Positions 26,873 through 38,957 of a DNA stretch of 64,000 bases are shown here, in pieces. A program made the position numbers and the translations under genes. Position 1 is the first letter of the stretch, and every line of letters begins with the position of its first letter. Source of the stretch: Eledone cirrhosa (Eukaryota); NCBI GenBank assembly GCA_964016885.1, contig OZ024750.1:46934001-46998000 (forward strand). Reading direction: 5' to 3'. The notes below the pieces were generated by a model. It saw only the letters and a program-made list of their open reading frames with translations, was not told where the DNA came from and made no database searches.

Positions 26873-29735
26873 AGGAGGTGAGTTTTATTGTAGTACAATA
26901 AAGCAATGCAGATATCGGATAAGAAGCACTCTACAGTTTGTAGGACTGGAGTATACATAATATAAGATCAAAAGATGGTTAAAGGAGTTCCATGTATTTT
27001 ATTATGCGCATTTCAAAAACAAACATCATCATGCAATAATATTTATGTTTTCATCAGATAAAACAGGAGAATATGATATGAAGGCTAAAAAACACTTGTG
27101 GATAGTGCAGTTTTAAATCAACATATGAAAAGTGGTTTTAGATTGATGTGTGATATTGGGAAAAATATTTTATTTAGAGAGGGGGGGGAGGATGAAAAAG
27201 GGGAGGAGATGAGAGGGAGAGATGGGTGATAGAGAGAAAGAAAGAGATAGTTTTTATAACTGAGAGGAGATATATTGTTTTACATAGAGAGGTTGAAAAC
27301 CGTTGGAAGATAATGTATAATTTAAAAATTTGAAATTAACGAAGGGAGGATATGTGCGAAGAAAGAATATTTTATTTATGGAGGGGGGGGGATGAAACAA
27401 GGGGGAGGAGATGAGAGTGAAGGTGGAGAGGGAGAGATGGGTGATAGAGAGAAAGAGATAGTTTTTATAACTGAGAAAAAGATATATTGTTTTACATAAA
27501 TTAAAGGAATTTGAAAATTAACGAAGGGAATTTATGTATGAAGATAGAGAGAAAAAATAATAATTGTGGATGAATATTCTAACGTAAAAAAAAAGTGTGT
27601 GTTGATAAGTATTGTGGCAATTTCAAAATTAACGAAGAGAAAAATTATTAAGGTTTGTGTGTAGAAGGATTTGAGAAAAATAATGTGAAGTTAAAGTTTG
27701 TATATTGAAGGAATTGATAATATATGCGAATAAAGAGTTAATATGTATTAAGAATGAGTTCGTTGATGGGGAGGAAAAAAAAAAATATAATAATAAATTA
27801 AGGATGAAATTGAGATTAAAAAGATTTATGATAGAGAGAAAACAATAATAATGATTGCGGATGAATATTCTAACGTCAAAAAAATAAATGTATATGTTAT
27901 GAAGGATTTTACAAGGTGAAGATAGAATGAGGGTAATGAGTAAACAAGTATTATAGAGTGTATAATGCCCTTTAAAGTAAGGTGGGAAGATGGGTATATT
28001 TTAAAGAGGTGTATGTATATGTGCCTTTGAGAAAAGATTCTAAATTGATAAAGAATTGAATATTAACTGTATACTTTGTGAAAAGTCCTATGGAATTTAT
28101 GGAGGCAGATAGAAAATAAATCTGTACGTCTATTTATTATAGAATCTAGGTTAGAGATAATGGTAAATTTTTCATTTAGGCAGAGATTACAGATTTTAGA
28201 TAGAGAGCTGTTCAAGTATGAGGATGCAGAAGAAACCTTCTTCCAAAAGATGGTATATTTAATGTTTTTGTCTTTTAAGGACCATATGAGTTCTGAGAGA
28301 GCAGTGTTGGTTCTTTTAAGTTTGTATTTGAAAGATGAATGATGATTATAGAGACGAGCTTTAAAAGAGGTGGAAGTGGAGCCAAAATAGGTGAAGGAAT
28401 TGGTGCTAGTTATAATTTTACATTCATAAATTAAGTTTTTATCGAGACAATGGTTGTTGAGAGGACATTTATTTTTAATGCGGCAGTTGCAATTAGAGAG
28501 ATTATTAATGAGTGACCTAGTGTTATCTATAGAAGGAATTGGATTGGAGAAGTTGTTTGCGATAGGAATAATAGGAATAATAGTTTCTTGATTTAGAGTT
28601 GGATTATGAACATTTAGCGAAGTTGTGTTTGACGTTGTATTTGTGTTTACAGAAGTTAGCCTAGGGTTTACAATGACGTCGGGAGTACTATTACTGTTAT
28701 TATGAAATTCAATGTTGGAAGGAAGAGATTTAGTATTTAGTATTTTATTGTTGTGTTTAGAGATGATGTTGGAAATATTGGAGGATGTCGAATAAGAAAA
28801 TTTGATGGTGTGTTTGTTAAATATTTTACTATAGATATGTGAGGGAGGGAAGCATTTATTTAAGGCACTAACAAATAATTTAGGAATATTGTTATTAATA
28901 GAGATGGAGAAAGGAGCATTATACCAGATTATGTTTTTGTATCTAGATCTTTTATTAAAATTCTTGGAATGGTCATGATTAATTATTCTACTGTAAGTTT
29001 TTCTAGAATTTGTTTCTTTACTATATTTGATTTTATCTGGATAGCCGGCTTTAGAAAGTGCGTTATTATAGTAATTGGCGTTAGCATCAAAGATGTTTTT
29101 ATTAGAGGATATGTTAGATATTCTTTTTCCAATATTACTAACTATAGCATTCTTGATATTGGTAGGATGGTTAGATTTAAAGTTAACATAATTTAGGTTC
29201 TCATTGTTTTTATGGTAAGGGTAATATAGGCCAGTGTCAAGATTAAGAGATACATCCAAGAAATTAGCTAGTTTGATACTATTATCAAATTCAATTTTTA
29301 GGTTATGTTGGTTAAAGAGATTACGTATATTGTTCTTAATAATATTAAGGTTAACTATATTGCAATTTAGGATAGTAAAGAGTCCATCGTCACGATAAGT
29401 TCCACCGCGAAGTTGAGGAATTTTCCGACTCAAAGAGTTCAAAATGAAGATACCAATTAAATCAGTCAATTGGGATGAATCGGATGCTCCCATTGTGATA
29501 TCGAAGTTGTTAGAGGTATCGGCTCTGGTCCAATATTCGTTGTTGAACTCTAGGATGGTTTTACGTGCGGTGAGGATGATGTGAATTTCATCTGTGGTGA
29601 TGTCAGAATATTTAAGTGCGAAAGATAGAGCATTATTGAGAAGTGAAGGCGAAATGGAGGAATAGTAGCTGGCAATATCAAATTGAATAAATTGTAGTTT
29701 GTTTTTATTATCCAATTTGTTGAACCAGCCAATCA
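26870..29735 (-). mobile_element. 5'-truncated Naiad-type PLE (family B), long arm of a 4.4-kb fold-back
   Basis: Contains ORF 28063-29736, a 3' UTR with a hammerhead, and a terminus abutting (TA)n at 26869. Confidence 0.93.
26997..27063 (-). ncRNA. Type I hammerhead ribozyme (family B)
   Basis: TTTTAT-CTGATGA-[stem II]-GAAA-TGCGCA-TA-ATAAAA. Confidence 0.85.
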
Positions 29736-29736
29736 C
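28063..29736 (-). CDS. Uninterrupted but 5'-truncated PLE RT/GIY-YIG reading frame (557 aa)
   Basis: QFDIASYY, ITMGAS, YRDD, FLDVS, CNCRIKNKCPLNNHCL, LIYEC..YFG, CNLC...CLH. It begins at the inversion junction, so it is not an expressed full protein. Confidence 0.85.
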   Translation of the reverse strand: MIGWFNKLDNKNKLQFIQFDIASYYSSISPSLLNNALSFALKYSDITTDEIHIILTARKTILEFNNEYWTRADTSNNFDITMGASDSSQLTDLIGIFILNSLSRKIPQLRGGTYRDDGLFTILNCNIVNLNIIKNNIRNLFNQHNLKIEFDNSIKLANFLDVSLNLDTGLYYPYHKNNENLNYVNFKSNHPTNIKNAIVSNIGKRISNISSNKNIFDANANYYNNALSKAGYPDKIKYSKETNSRKTYSRIINHDHSKNFNKRSRYKNIIWYNAPFSISINNNIPKLFVSALNKCFPPSHIYSKIFNKHTIKFSYSTSSNISNIISKHNNKILNTKSLPSNIEFHNNSNSTPDVIVNPRLTSVNTNTTSNTTSLNVHNPTLNQETIIPIIPIANNFSNPIPSIDNTRSLINNLSNCNCRIKNKCPLNNHCLDKNLIYECKIITSTNSFTYFGSTSTSFKARLYNHHSSFKYKLKRTNTALSELIWSLKDKNIKYTIFWKKVSSASSYLNSSLSKICNLCLNEKFTIISNLDSIINRRTDLFSICLHKFHRTFHKVYS

Positions 29737-29737
29737 C

Positions 29738-31272
29738 TTCCAACATCATCTCTAAACACAACAATAAAATACTAAATACTAAATCTCTTCCTTCCAACAT
29801 TGAATTTCATAATAACAGTAATAGTACTCCCGACGTCATTGTAAACCCTAGGCTAACTTCTGTAAACACAAATACAACGTCAAACACAACTTCGCTAAAT
29901 GTTCATAATCCAACTCTAAATCAAGAAACTATTATTCCTATTATTCCTATCGCAAACAACTTCTCCAATCCAATTCCTTCTATAGATAACACTAGGTCAC
30001 TCATTAATAATCTCTCTAATTGCAACTGCCGCATTAAAAATAAATGTCCTCTCAACAACCATTGTCTCGATAAAAACTTAATTTATGAATGTAAAATTAT
30101 AACTAGCACCAATTCCTTCACCTATTTTGGCTCCACTTCCACCTCTTTTAAAGCTCGTCTCTATAATCATCATTCTTCTTTCAAATACAAACTTAAAAGA
30201 ACCAACACTGCTCTCTCAGAACTCATATGGTCCTTAAAAGACAAAAACATTAAATATACCATCTTTTGGAAGAAGGTTTCTTCTGCATCCTCATACTTGA
30301 ACAACTCTCTATCTAAAATCTGTAATCTCTGCCTAAATGAAAAATTTACCATTATCTCTAACCTAGATTCTATAATAAATAGACGTACAGATTTATTTTC
30401 TATCTGCCTCCATAAATTCCATAGGACTTTTCACAAAGTATACAGTTAATATTCAATTCTTTATCAATTTAGAATCTTTTCTCAAAGGCACATATACATA
30501 CACCTCTTTAAAATATACCCATCTTCCCACCTTACTTTAAAGGGCATTATACACTCTATAATACTTGTTTACTCATTACCCTCATTCTATCTTCACCTTG
30601 TAAAATCCTTCATAACATATACATTTATTTTTTTGACGTTAGAATATTCATCCGCAATCATTATTATTTTTTCTCTCTATCTTCATACATAAATTCCCTT
30701 CGTTAATTTTCAAATTCCTTTAATTTATGTAAAACAATATATCTTTTTCTCAGTTATAAAAACTATCTCTTTCTCTCTATCACCCCTCTCTCCCTCTCCA
30801 CCTTCACTCTCATCTCCTCCCCCTTTTTTCATCCCCCCCCCCTCCATAAATAAAATATTCTTTCCTCGCACATATCCTGCCTTCGTTAATTTCAAATTTT
30901 TAATTTATACATTATCTTCCAACGGTTTTCAACCTCTCTATGTAAAACAATATATCTCCTCTCAGTTATAAAAACTATCTCTTTCTTTCTCTCTATCACC
31001 CATCTCTCCCTCTCATCTCCTCCCCTTTTTCATCCTTTCCACCCTCCCTCTCTAAATAAAATATTTTTCCCAATATCACACATCAATCTAAAACCACTTT
31101 TCATATGTTGATTTAAAACTGCACTATCCACAAGTGTTTTTTAGCCTTCATATCATGTTCTCCTGTTTTATCTGATGAAAACACAAATATTATTGCATGA
31201 TGATGTTTGTTTTTGAAATGCGCATAATAAAATACATGGAACTCCTTTAACCATCTCTCGATCTTATATTAT
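29738..31272 (+). mobile_element. Inverted near-identical copy of the family B 3' part (short arm)
   Basis: Reverse complement of 26957-28774, minus a ~290-bp internal segment. Confidence 0.93.
31166..31232 (+). ncRNA. Type I hammerhead ribozyme (family B, second arm)
   Basis: CTGATGA at 31172-31178, GAAA at 31215-31218, stem III ATGCGCAT, stem I TTTTAT/ATAAAA. Confidence 0.85.
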
Positions 31273-31295
31273 ATATATATATATATGTATGTATG

Positions 31296-31351
<56 letters not shown>

Positions 31352-31356
<5 letters not shown>

Positions 31357-34320
31357 TATAAGTCATCGTGCTTGGTGACTTTAATGCTAGAGTGGGTAGG
31401 GATTTTAACACATGGAATGTAATCGGAAGGCATGGGGTGGGAAAGTGTAACAGCAATGGTATGCTCTTGCTGCAGATGTGTGAGGAGCTGGATCTGTGTG
31501 TTACCAACACCATGTTCCAACAAAAGAACAAATTCAAGACCACATGGATGCATCCTGCATCTAAGGAATGGCATATTTTGGACTACGTCCTAGTCAGGAT
31601 GCGTGACAGACAGGATGTGCGGTGTGTTCGTGTTCTTCGTGGAGCTGAGTGCTGGACGGACCACCGCCTGGTACGCGCAAAAGTGAATCTAATCACCAAA
31701 CGTAAAATCCGGGCTCCTGGTGTTACCCTGCCCAAAAGATTGAATGCTGCTCGTCTTAAGGATAAAAATGTGAAGAGGACATTGGAAGAAGAGATGCAGG
31801 CTGCAGATCTTGGTGAGGATTGGCCGACCCTTAAAAAGTCGGTTTATGATGTAGGCAGACGTGTTCTGGGATTGGTGCAGAGAAAACATCAGGACTGGTT
31901 TAATGAGAAAGATGTGCATATAGATGACTTGTTGGCTGATAAGAGGCGCGCTCTGTCACGCTACTTGACGGCAAGACCACAGGAGAGGAATACGTTGCAT
32001 GAGGAACTCAGGGATGTAAAATCACGTGTTAGGCGGAGTCTTTCTCAGATGAAGGATCAGTGGTGGAGTGAGAAGGCTGGTGAGATACAAACTGCGTCTG
32101 ATTGCAATAACACAAAGCTGTTGTACAGTCTCTTGCGTGAGGTTTATGGACCGTCTTCTTCTCTGGTGACACCGATTCGCAGCAAGGATGGCAAAGAACT
32201 TCTTCGTGACTCACAGGGAATTCTACGAAGGTGGCGGGAGCACTTTGATGATCTTTTGAATCAGCCGTCTGTCGTCAGTGAAGATTTCCTCAATCTCATT
32301 CCGGAAAGTCCTGTGAAAGTAGCTCTCGCAGAGCCTCCGACACTTGTGGAGGTTGCAGTGGCTATTTCGAAGCTGAACAGTGGAAGATCTCCAGGTATGG
32401 ATGGCATACATGCTGAGCTCCTACAATATGGTGGTGAGAGACTCCTGCAACATCTTCACTCTCTGTTTGGAGGGATATGGGCTAATGAATCCGTGCCTGA
32501 GGACTGGAGAGATGCAGTAATGGTGGTCTTGTACAAGGGAAAGGGTAACAGGAATGATTGTGGGAACTACAGAGGTATATCATTGCTTTCTGTCGTGGGG
32601 AAAGTTTTATGTAGGGTGCTTCTGGACCGTCTGCTGACACACATTGCAGATTGTGTCCTTCCTGAAAGTCAATCTGGTTTTCGTGTTGGACGCGGCACTA
32701 CTGATATGATCTTCTCAGCTAGACAGCTCCAGAAGTGCATTGAACAGGGCTTGGATCTGTATCAGGTTTTTGTCGATCTGACAAAGGCTTTCGATACTGT
32801 CAACAGAGATGCATTATGGAAGGTTCTCCAGAAACTTGGTTGCCCTGATAAGTTCCTTGCTTTAGTTAGGTCTTTCCATGACGACATGAAGGCTTGGGTT
32901 AATGTCGGAGGTAACATGTCGGAGCCTATCTCAGTAAAAAATGGAGTGAAACAGGGGGATATTCCGGCACCGACCCTGTTTGCCATATACTTTGCAATGG
33001 TTTTCTGTATTGCATTCAGGAATTGCGAGCATGGTGTTTACATCCGATATCGAACCTCAGGCAGCATATTTAACATCAGGCGCTTTGCTGCGAAGACAAA
33101 AGTATTTACATCAGTCATAAGAGACCTCTTGTATGCAGATGATTGCGATCTTGTAGCGCACACAGAGAGTGATATGCAGCACATTTTGAATGTATTTTCT
33201 GACGCTTGCACTGCCCTGGGTTTGACTGTCAGTCTCAAGAAAACCGTCGTCATGTACCAACCTGCACCTGGTAGGCAGTACACTGAACCAAACATCTATG
33301 TGTATGGCAAACGACTTGGAGTGGTTGATCAGTTTGTCTACCTGGGAAGCACTGTCAATCGATACGGCAACCTTGACGGTGAAATCTCACTTAGGATTAG
33401 GAAAGCAAGTGATGCTTTCGGAAAGCTAGAAAGGCGACTCTGGGGTCGGCGAGACATATGCAGGAGGACAAAGGTAAAGGTGTACAGGGCATGTGTACTC
33501 TCTTGTCTTCTTTATGCCTGCGAGACCTGGGTCACATATCGACGCCACCTTAAGCAATTGGAGCGTTTCCATCAGATGTGTCTCAGACGGATACATGGCG
33601 TTCGCTGGAGGGACCACATCAGTGATGTCGAGATTTTGGAAAGCTCTATGTGTGACAGTATAGAAGCTCTTGTGCTTAAGCAGCGACTCCGTTGGAGTGG
33701 TCACCTTGCCAGGATGAAGGATTCTAGAATACCAAAACAACTCTTCTATGGAGAGTTGGTTAAAGGAAAACGACCGCCACATAAACCAAAAAGAGGTATA
33801 AGGATTCCTTGAAGGCCTCTCTGAAAGACGCTAACATCTCTGCTGATACATGGGAAAATATTGCTGCTGATCGTAATAAATGGAGAAAGACTGTATATGA
33901 GGGAAAAGTTGCCTTTGAGGCATCTCGAATCGCACACGAGAAAGTAAAGCGGGACGTGAGGAAGGGTATTGCTGTTGCACTTCCAGACGGCGAGGGTCCT
34001 CCTATGTTTCTGACATGCAGCGTCTGTGCGAGACTCTGCCTAAGCAAAGCTGGACTCGAAAGTCATCTTCGCAGTCATAAAGTAAGACCAGTGGTTGACT
34101 ACCAGGCTGCTGTTGGAGATGCTACTCATCATGCTTGCCAAACATGTGGTAGAGAATGTAAATCAGCAGGAGGACTCAAGCGACATGCAAAAGTACACGA
34201 ACTCCAACCACAGCCGACTATTCCCAGTAAATGTTTTGGTTGCCGACTCTGTGCAAGACATTTTGGATCATTGGCTGGGCTAAAAAGCCACATTCGATCG
34301 CAGCACTGTTAGTTGCTATC

Positions 34321-34358
<38 letters not shown>

Positions 34359-34439
34359 GCTTATGTGCGTGCGTGTGTGTGTATATATATATGAATATGT
34401 ATATTATTATTGTTGTTGTCGTTATTATTATTATTGCTA

Positions 34440-34489
<50 letters not shown>

Positions 34490-34544
34490 TTTTTTTTTTT
34501 TTTTTTTTTATTGTGCAATGGCCATACTCGATAACGAGGGGGCA

Positions 34545-34550
<6 letters not shown>
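31352..34550 (+). mobile_element. 5'-truncated RTE-clade LINE inserted in (TA)n
   Basis: APE endonuclease C-half (GDFNARVG, TWMHP, LDY, TDH), RT (NYRGISLL, FVDLTKAFD, GVKQG, YADD, YLGS). 3' end GCAATGGCCATACTCGATAACGAGGGGGCAGCCATC. Confidence 0.95.
31368..34312 (+). pseudogene. RTE ORF (EN-RT-3xC2H2) split by a single frameshift near 33790
   Basis: ORF 31368-33812 continues as KRYKDSLKASLK in ORF 33809-34312. Three CxxC-x12-HxxxH-type motifs follow. Confidence 0.9.
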
Positions 34551-34607
<57 letters not shown>

Positions 34608-34609
<2 letters not shown>

Positions 34610-34722
34610 CGCATGGCTTAGTGTTTAGAGCATTGGGGTCGAAAGGTTTTGAGTTCAATTCTCGTACCGGGTGATGTGTTGTTTCCTTGGCAAAGACACA
34701 TTATTTCACGTTGCTCCAGTCG
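34608..34722 (+). mobile_element. Second tRNA-derived SINE family, 5' part
   Basis: TGGCTTAGTG (A box), GAGTTCAATTC (B box), then a CCTTGGCAAAGACAC core-like motif. Confidence 0.7.
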
Positions 34723-34825
34723 TTATTCATATATATATAAACATATTTCAGTCGACATCAAAGCTAGTTCTCACTCACATTTAGTACTAAAAAAACATGA
34801 AAGTATATTCTTCTCACCGCTAAAC

Positions 34826-35120
34826 ATAACGTCGTATTTTTCCGTTCATTGCCAGGGAACATCTTCACGAACCAAAGTATCGTCTTCATGTTTTTCTTCG
34901 GTTGCAACATTTTTCGAAATATTTACTTCTGCGTCCACATATTGATCTTTTTTAGTTTGTGAATATCCCTTTAAGAGTGAACGCAACGATTCTTTGCTAA
35001 AACTTTAATCTGTTATTTTAATAAATATTTGCTCTAATGTTTTATATATTTTTATATGTATATTTTATCCTTATCAAGCCCTCTTCGGATTTTAGTCTTC
35101 ACATTTATTATCATTACTAT
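34826..35120 (+). mobile_element. Older diverged family A PLE 3' end
   Basis: Colinear with 12405-12703. Confidence 0.85.
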
Positions 35121-36471
35121 ATATATTTTTTCTCCGAAGCAGGTTTAAACTGTGTTAAGCCCAAACATATAAAATAGTTAGATCTCTGATATAAACACGA
35201 ATGTTACCAATCTTTATTTTGCCGTCAATATCAAAGCCAGTTCGCACTTATATTTAGTACTAAAAACATGAAAATATAGTGTCAATACACTACTAGTAGA
35301 AAAACCGCCACGGGCGTCTTTCTTCGTGTGTAGTGTCCATATTAATATAGTACACACACATATATGCATATATATATATATTGAGAAGTATAGTGACAAT
35401 ATACACAGAAATTGGACAATTACGGTGTTGCACTTTCTCCTATAATCAGTAAATTTATCTATGATACATATAAAAAGACCATATTATATATAAACGGCTG
35501 TACGGCGAAATGTTATGAAAATGAAGGTGGAGAACATGAGATTAGCAACGTTATCTAAACGTTATGATGTAACGAAAGCGAACTGAAGTTGGCATTCGAA
35601 AAGTTTAACAAAACTGTATCTTGAAATAAACGATACCTATTAATTATGTTTAAACAAGAGCCAAGAGAGTTAGTAGATACATTACATAACATTCATTCTT
35701 GATTTATTCAAATAAATCCAACATATTTTGATACCGTGATGTAATAACAGTAATGCCCTGAGATAATTGTTGGCCTTGTGCAAATAATTAAATCATGACA
35801 CTAATGAAATCCCAACAATATTGACATAATGCTTTTCTCAAATAATGCTTCAATGAATGTTTGCTTACAATGAGATTATATATATATATTAACAAGTAAT
35901 AGTTATAGGTAATCCAGTTAGAGTTTATGAGTACACTGCGTCGTGGATAGTTTTAACGTACGGCTTTGTTTGACTCAATAAGATGTTTCCATAGTTAGGC
36001 AGCGAGTTCGCTGGAATTCCTATGCAGGTTATACTTGGAGTAATAATAGTGAAAGAGTGAAGTGTAATATGGTTTGCTGTACAACAAGTGGCTTTATTTC
36101 AAGTATTGACAATTTTCGTTTTTTGATATGTTGGTCAGGGGTAAATAATGTAATGGAGATCAAGTGACGCAATTTCAAGCGATTAGCGACTTCAAGACTC
36201 ACCTGATCAATGAAACAATTGTTAATACCTAAAATAAAGCCACTTGTACAGACAACCATGTTACTCTTCACTCTTTCACTATATATATATATATATATAT
36301 ATAGCGGCGATGAATTAGTTTTGCGAGGTTTTTTATATGAAACCATGTGTCGAAACAGATATTGTTATATTTGGGGAGGGTCATATTTGCGTAATATTGC
36401 CAGAATTAATAACAGAACACACTCACTGTTTGGTTGGTTTTCGCTTCTCGCTGTCTTTTATATATATATAT

Positions 36472-37449
36472 CAGAGTGTCATGTTTGTGGACGCCACCCC
36501 TGGAGGGAAATTAGCTAACCAGTGTAGAAAGGCCCTGAGAAAGACCCACTTAAAAATAAAGGTGGTAGAAAAGCCAGGAACCACCATAAAATCCCTGATC
36601 AGCAAAACCTACCCTTTTAAGAAAACCCACTGTACCAATAGGAAATGTATCATATGTAAGGTGAACCCCCGGATAAACTGTAAAACTAGAAACGTAGTCT
36701 ATAGCATAAGATGTACAGAGGGTACTTGCAGAAACACGACAACAACATACATAGGTGAGACAGCTCGTAGCATAGGTGAAAGGATAGACCAACACTGGGG
36801 GGAACTAAAAGGACGAAAAAACGGGTCAGTACTATACGAACATGCTAGACAACAACATGACGGTAACATAGACAACATAGAAATTAGAATAATATCTAAA
36901 CATAGGAATGACCCAGCAGATAGGCAAATCAGAGAGGCCAGTGAAATAGAAATTAGAAGACCAAAGCTAAACAGAAAGAATGAGTGGAACAACAACAACA
37001 CCCAAACAAACAACACTGACCTAAGAGAAGTATAAATAAATAAGTAAATTAAATAAAATAAAATAAGATAAATAAATACATACACAAGCACATAAACACA
37101 CACTAGTCACCCAGCAGACACAACACTATACACACTAGTCACACATCACACATAACACTATACACACACGCAAACGCATGCGCAAAGAAGACAAAATAAA
37201 ATAAGATAAACAAACAAGCAAATAAATAAATAAATATATAGACATACTGAACAAAAAAAATGGCGTAGACATACAACACAACAAGAGGAACAATGAATAT
37301 AACACCACTGACGATGTTGCAGATGTGCAACGAAAGATTTATGTAAATTATGTAAACTATATATATGTGTTTGTCTATATTGTATCTGTATTGTTTTTGA
37401 CCGCCGGTCAGTCAATGGCAACATTGAGGACCGAGTAAGTTAGATCGCA
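36472..37449 (+). mobile_element. 5'-truncated Neptune-type PLE (GIY-YIG plus 3' UTR)
   Basis: FVDATPGGKLA..KVVEKPG, CTNRKCIIC Zn motif, NVVYSIRC..YIGETARS..R..QH..H...H..E..LN. Degenerate hammerhead CTGACGA-tGTTGCA gatg TGCAAC-GAAA at ~37308-37335. Confidence 0.85.
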
Positions 37450-37555
37450 GATATATATATATAAAAGACAGCGAGAAGCGAAAACCAACCAAACAGTGAG
37501 TGTGTTCTGTTATTAATTCTGGCAATATTACGCAAATATGACCCTCCCCATATAT

Positions 37556-37591
<36 letters not shown>

Positions 37592-37595
<4 letters not shown>

Positions 37596-37808
37596 CAAAG
37601 GAGGTGTGGTAAGGAAGCATGTGGACTATAACGCACCAGAGTACTCTGGGTAATGGGAAAATGTTCAGGTCCCCGACCGCAGAGTTCAAACCATTACGAA
37701 GGCTATTTCTGGGCTAAATTAGAGTTTTAGCGTTAACATCTAATTTAGTCGGGAAATAGCCGTCGAAACGGCTTGAGCTCTGCGGTCAGGGTCCTGAACA
37801 TTTTCCTA
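37592..37808. mobile_element. Family D PLE-end fold-back (diverged)
   Basis: Arms ~37655-37721 and ~37739-37808. The left extension matches the family D terminus. Confidence 0.8.
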
Positions 37809-37928
37809 TATATATATATATATATATATAGTGGTAGAAAACTGGAAGGTAATATCCGTGGTGGTAGAACACTCAGCCCATGGAACGAGTTAGGTAGAAG
37901 TGGTTACACAACAGTTAGTTCACCATAC

Positions 37929-37966
37929 CGAGAACAATCGTTTCACCTTAGCGGATCCTCAGCTCG
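37929..37966 (-). ncRNA. Minimal type I hammerhead in a 150-bp insert between (TA)n runs
   Basis: CGAG-CTGAGGA-tCC gctaa GGt-GAAA-CGATTG-TT-CTCG. Confidence 0.7.
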
Positions 37967-38104
37967 TATTACTACTATATATATATATATATATAATAGT
38001 AAAATACACAAACATATTCATATGTATATGTGAGTGTGTGGTGTCCGCTTTAATAAGTTTTGCTCAATGTCTGAAAGAGGTAAATTAATCAAGACAATTA
38101 AACT

Positions 38105-38298
38105 AAATAATTGTTTCTACTTTTGGCACAAGGCCAGCAAATACCAAGTACATTACTGGTACTTTATTTTATCGACCCCGTAAGGATGAAAGGCAAAGTT
38201 AACCTCGACGGGATTTGAACTCAGACCGTAAAGGGACTTAACTATGCTGGAAAGCATGGCGTCCGACTCTCTACCGATACTGCCAATCCACCGCCCTG
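38105..38298 (-). mobile_element. tRNA-derived SINE copy
   Basis: Reverse complement of the family consensus. Confidence 0.88.
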
Positions 38299-38389
38299 AT
38301 TAAACTAAATAATCATAGCTATTTATCGAATTTCAAAATAGGAGTAAATAATAGACAAAAATATACCCATTTTTTCTTAAAAGACCCCA

Positions 38390-38801
<412 letters not shown>

Positions 38802-38855
38802 TAAAAGAGAAATCACAGGTAAGCATTAATTGAAGGATTTTATCCAGTATCCAGG

Positions 38856-38957
38856 TATTTACGACCGTTTCATTGGTAAGTGCAACCTTATATTGCTATA
38901 CTGCAAATAGCAGACACTCAATTATAATTGTTGTTCACAGTCCACATTTTCAAAATA
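38856..38957 (-). ncRNA. Type I hammerhead, U3-A8 core variant, in a PLE-like 3' end (38799-~39180)
   Basis: TATT-TTGAAAA-[long stem II]-GAAA-CGGTCG-TA-AATA. Confidence 0.7.

Noticed and set aside
24013-30450. Selenocysteine recoding, reported for some Naiad PLEs
   Set aside because: The conserved Cys positions I could read use TGT/TGC. The only internal stop in family C is TAA at a probable Tyr codon, and I saw no in-frame TGA.
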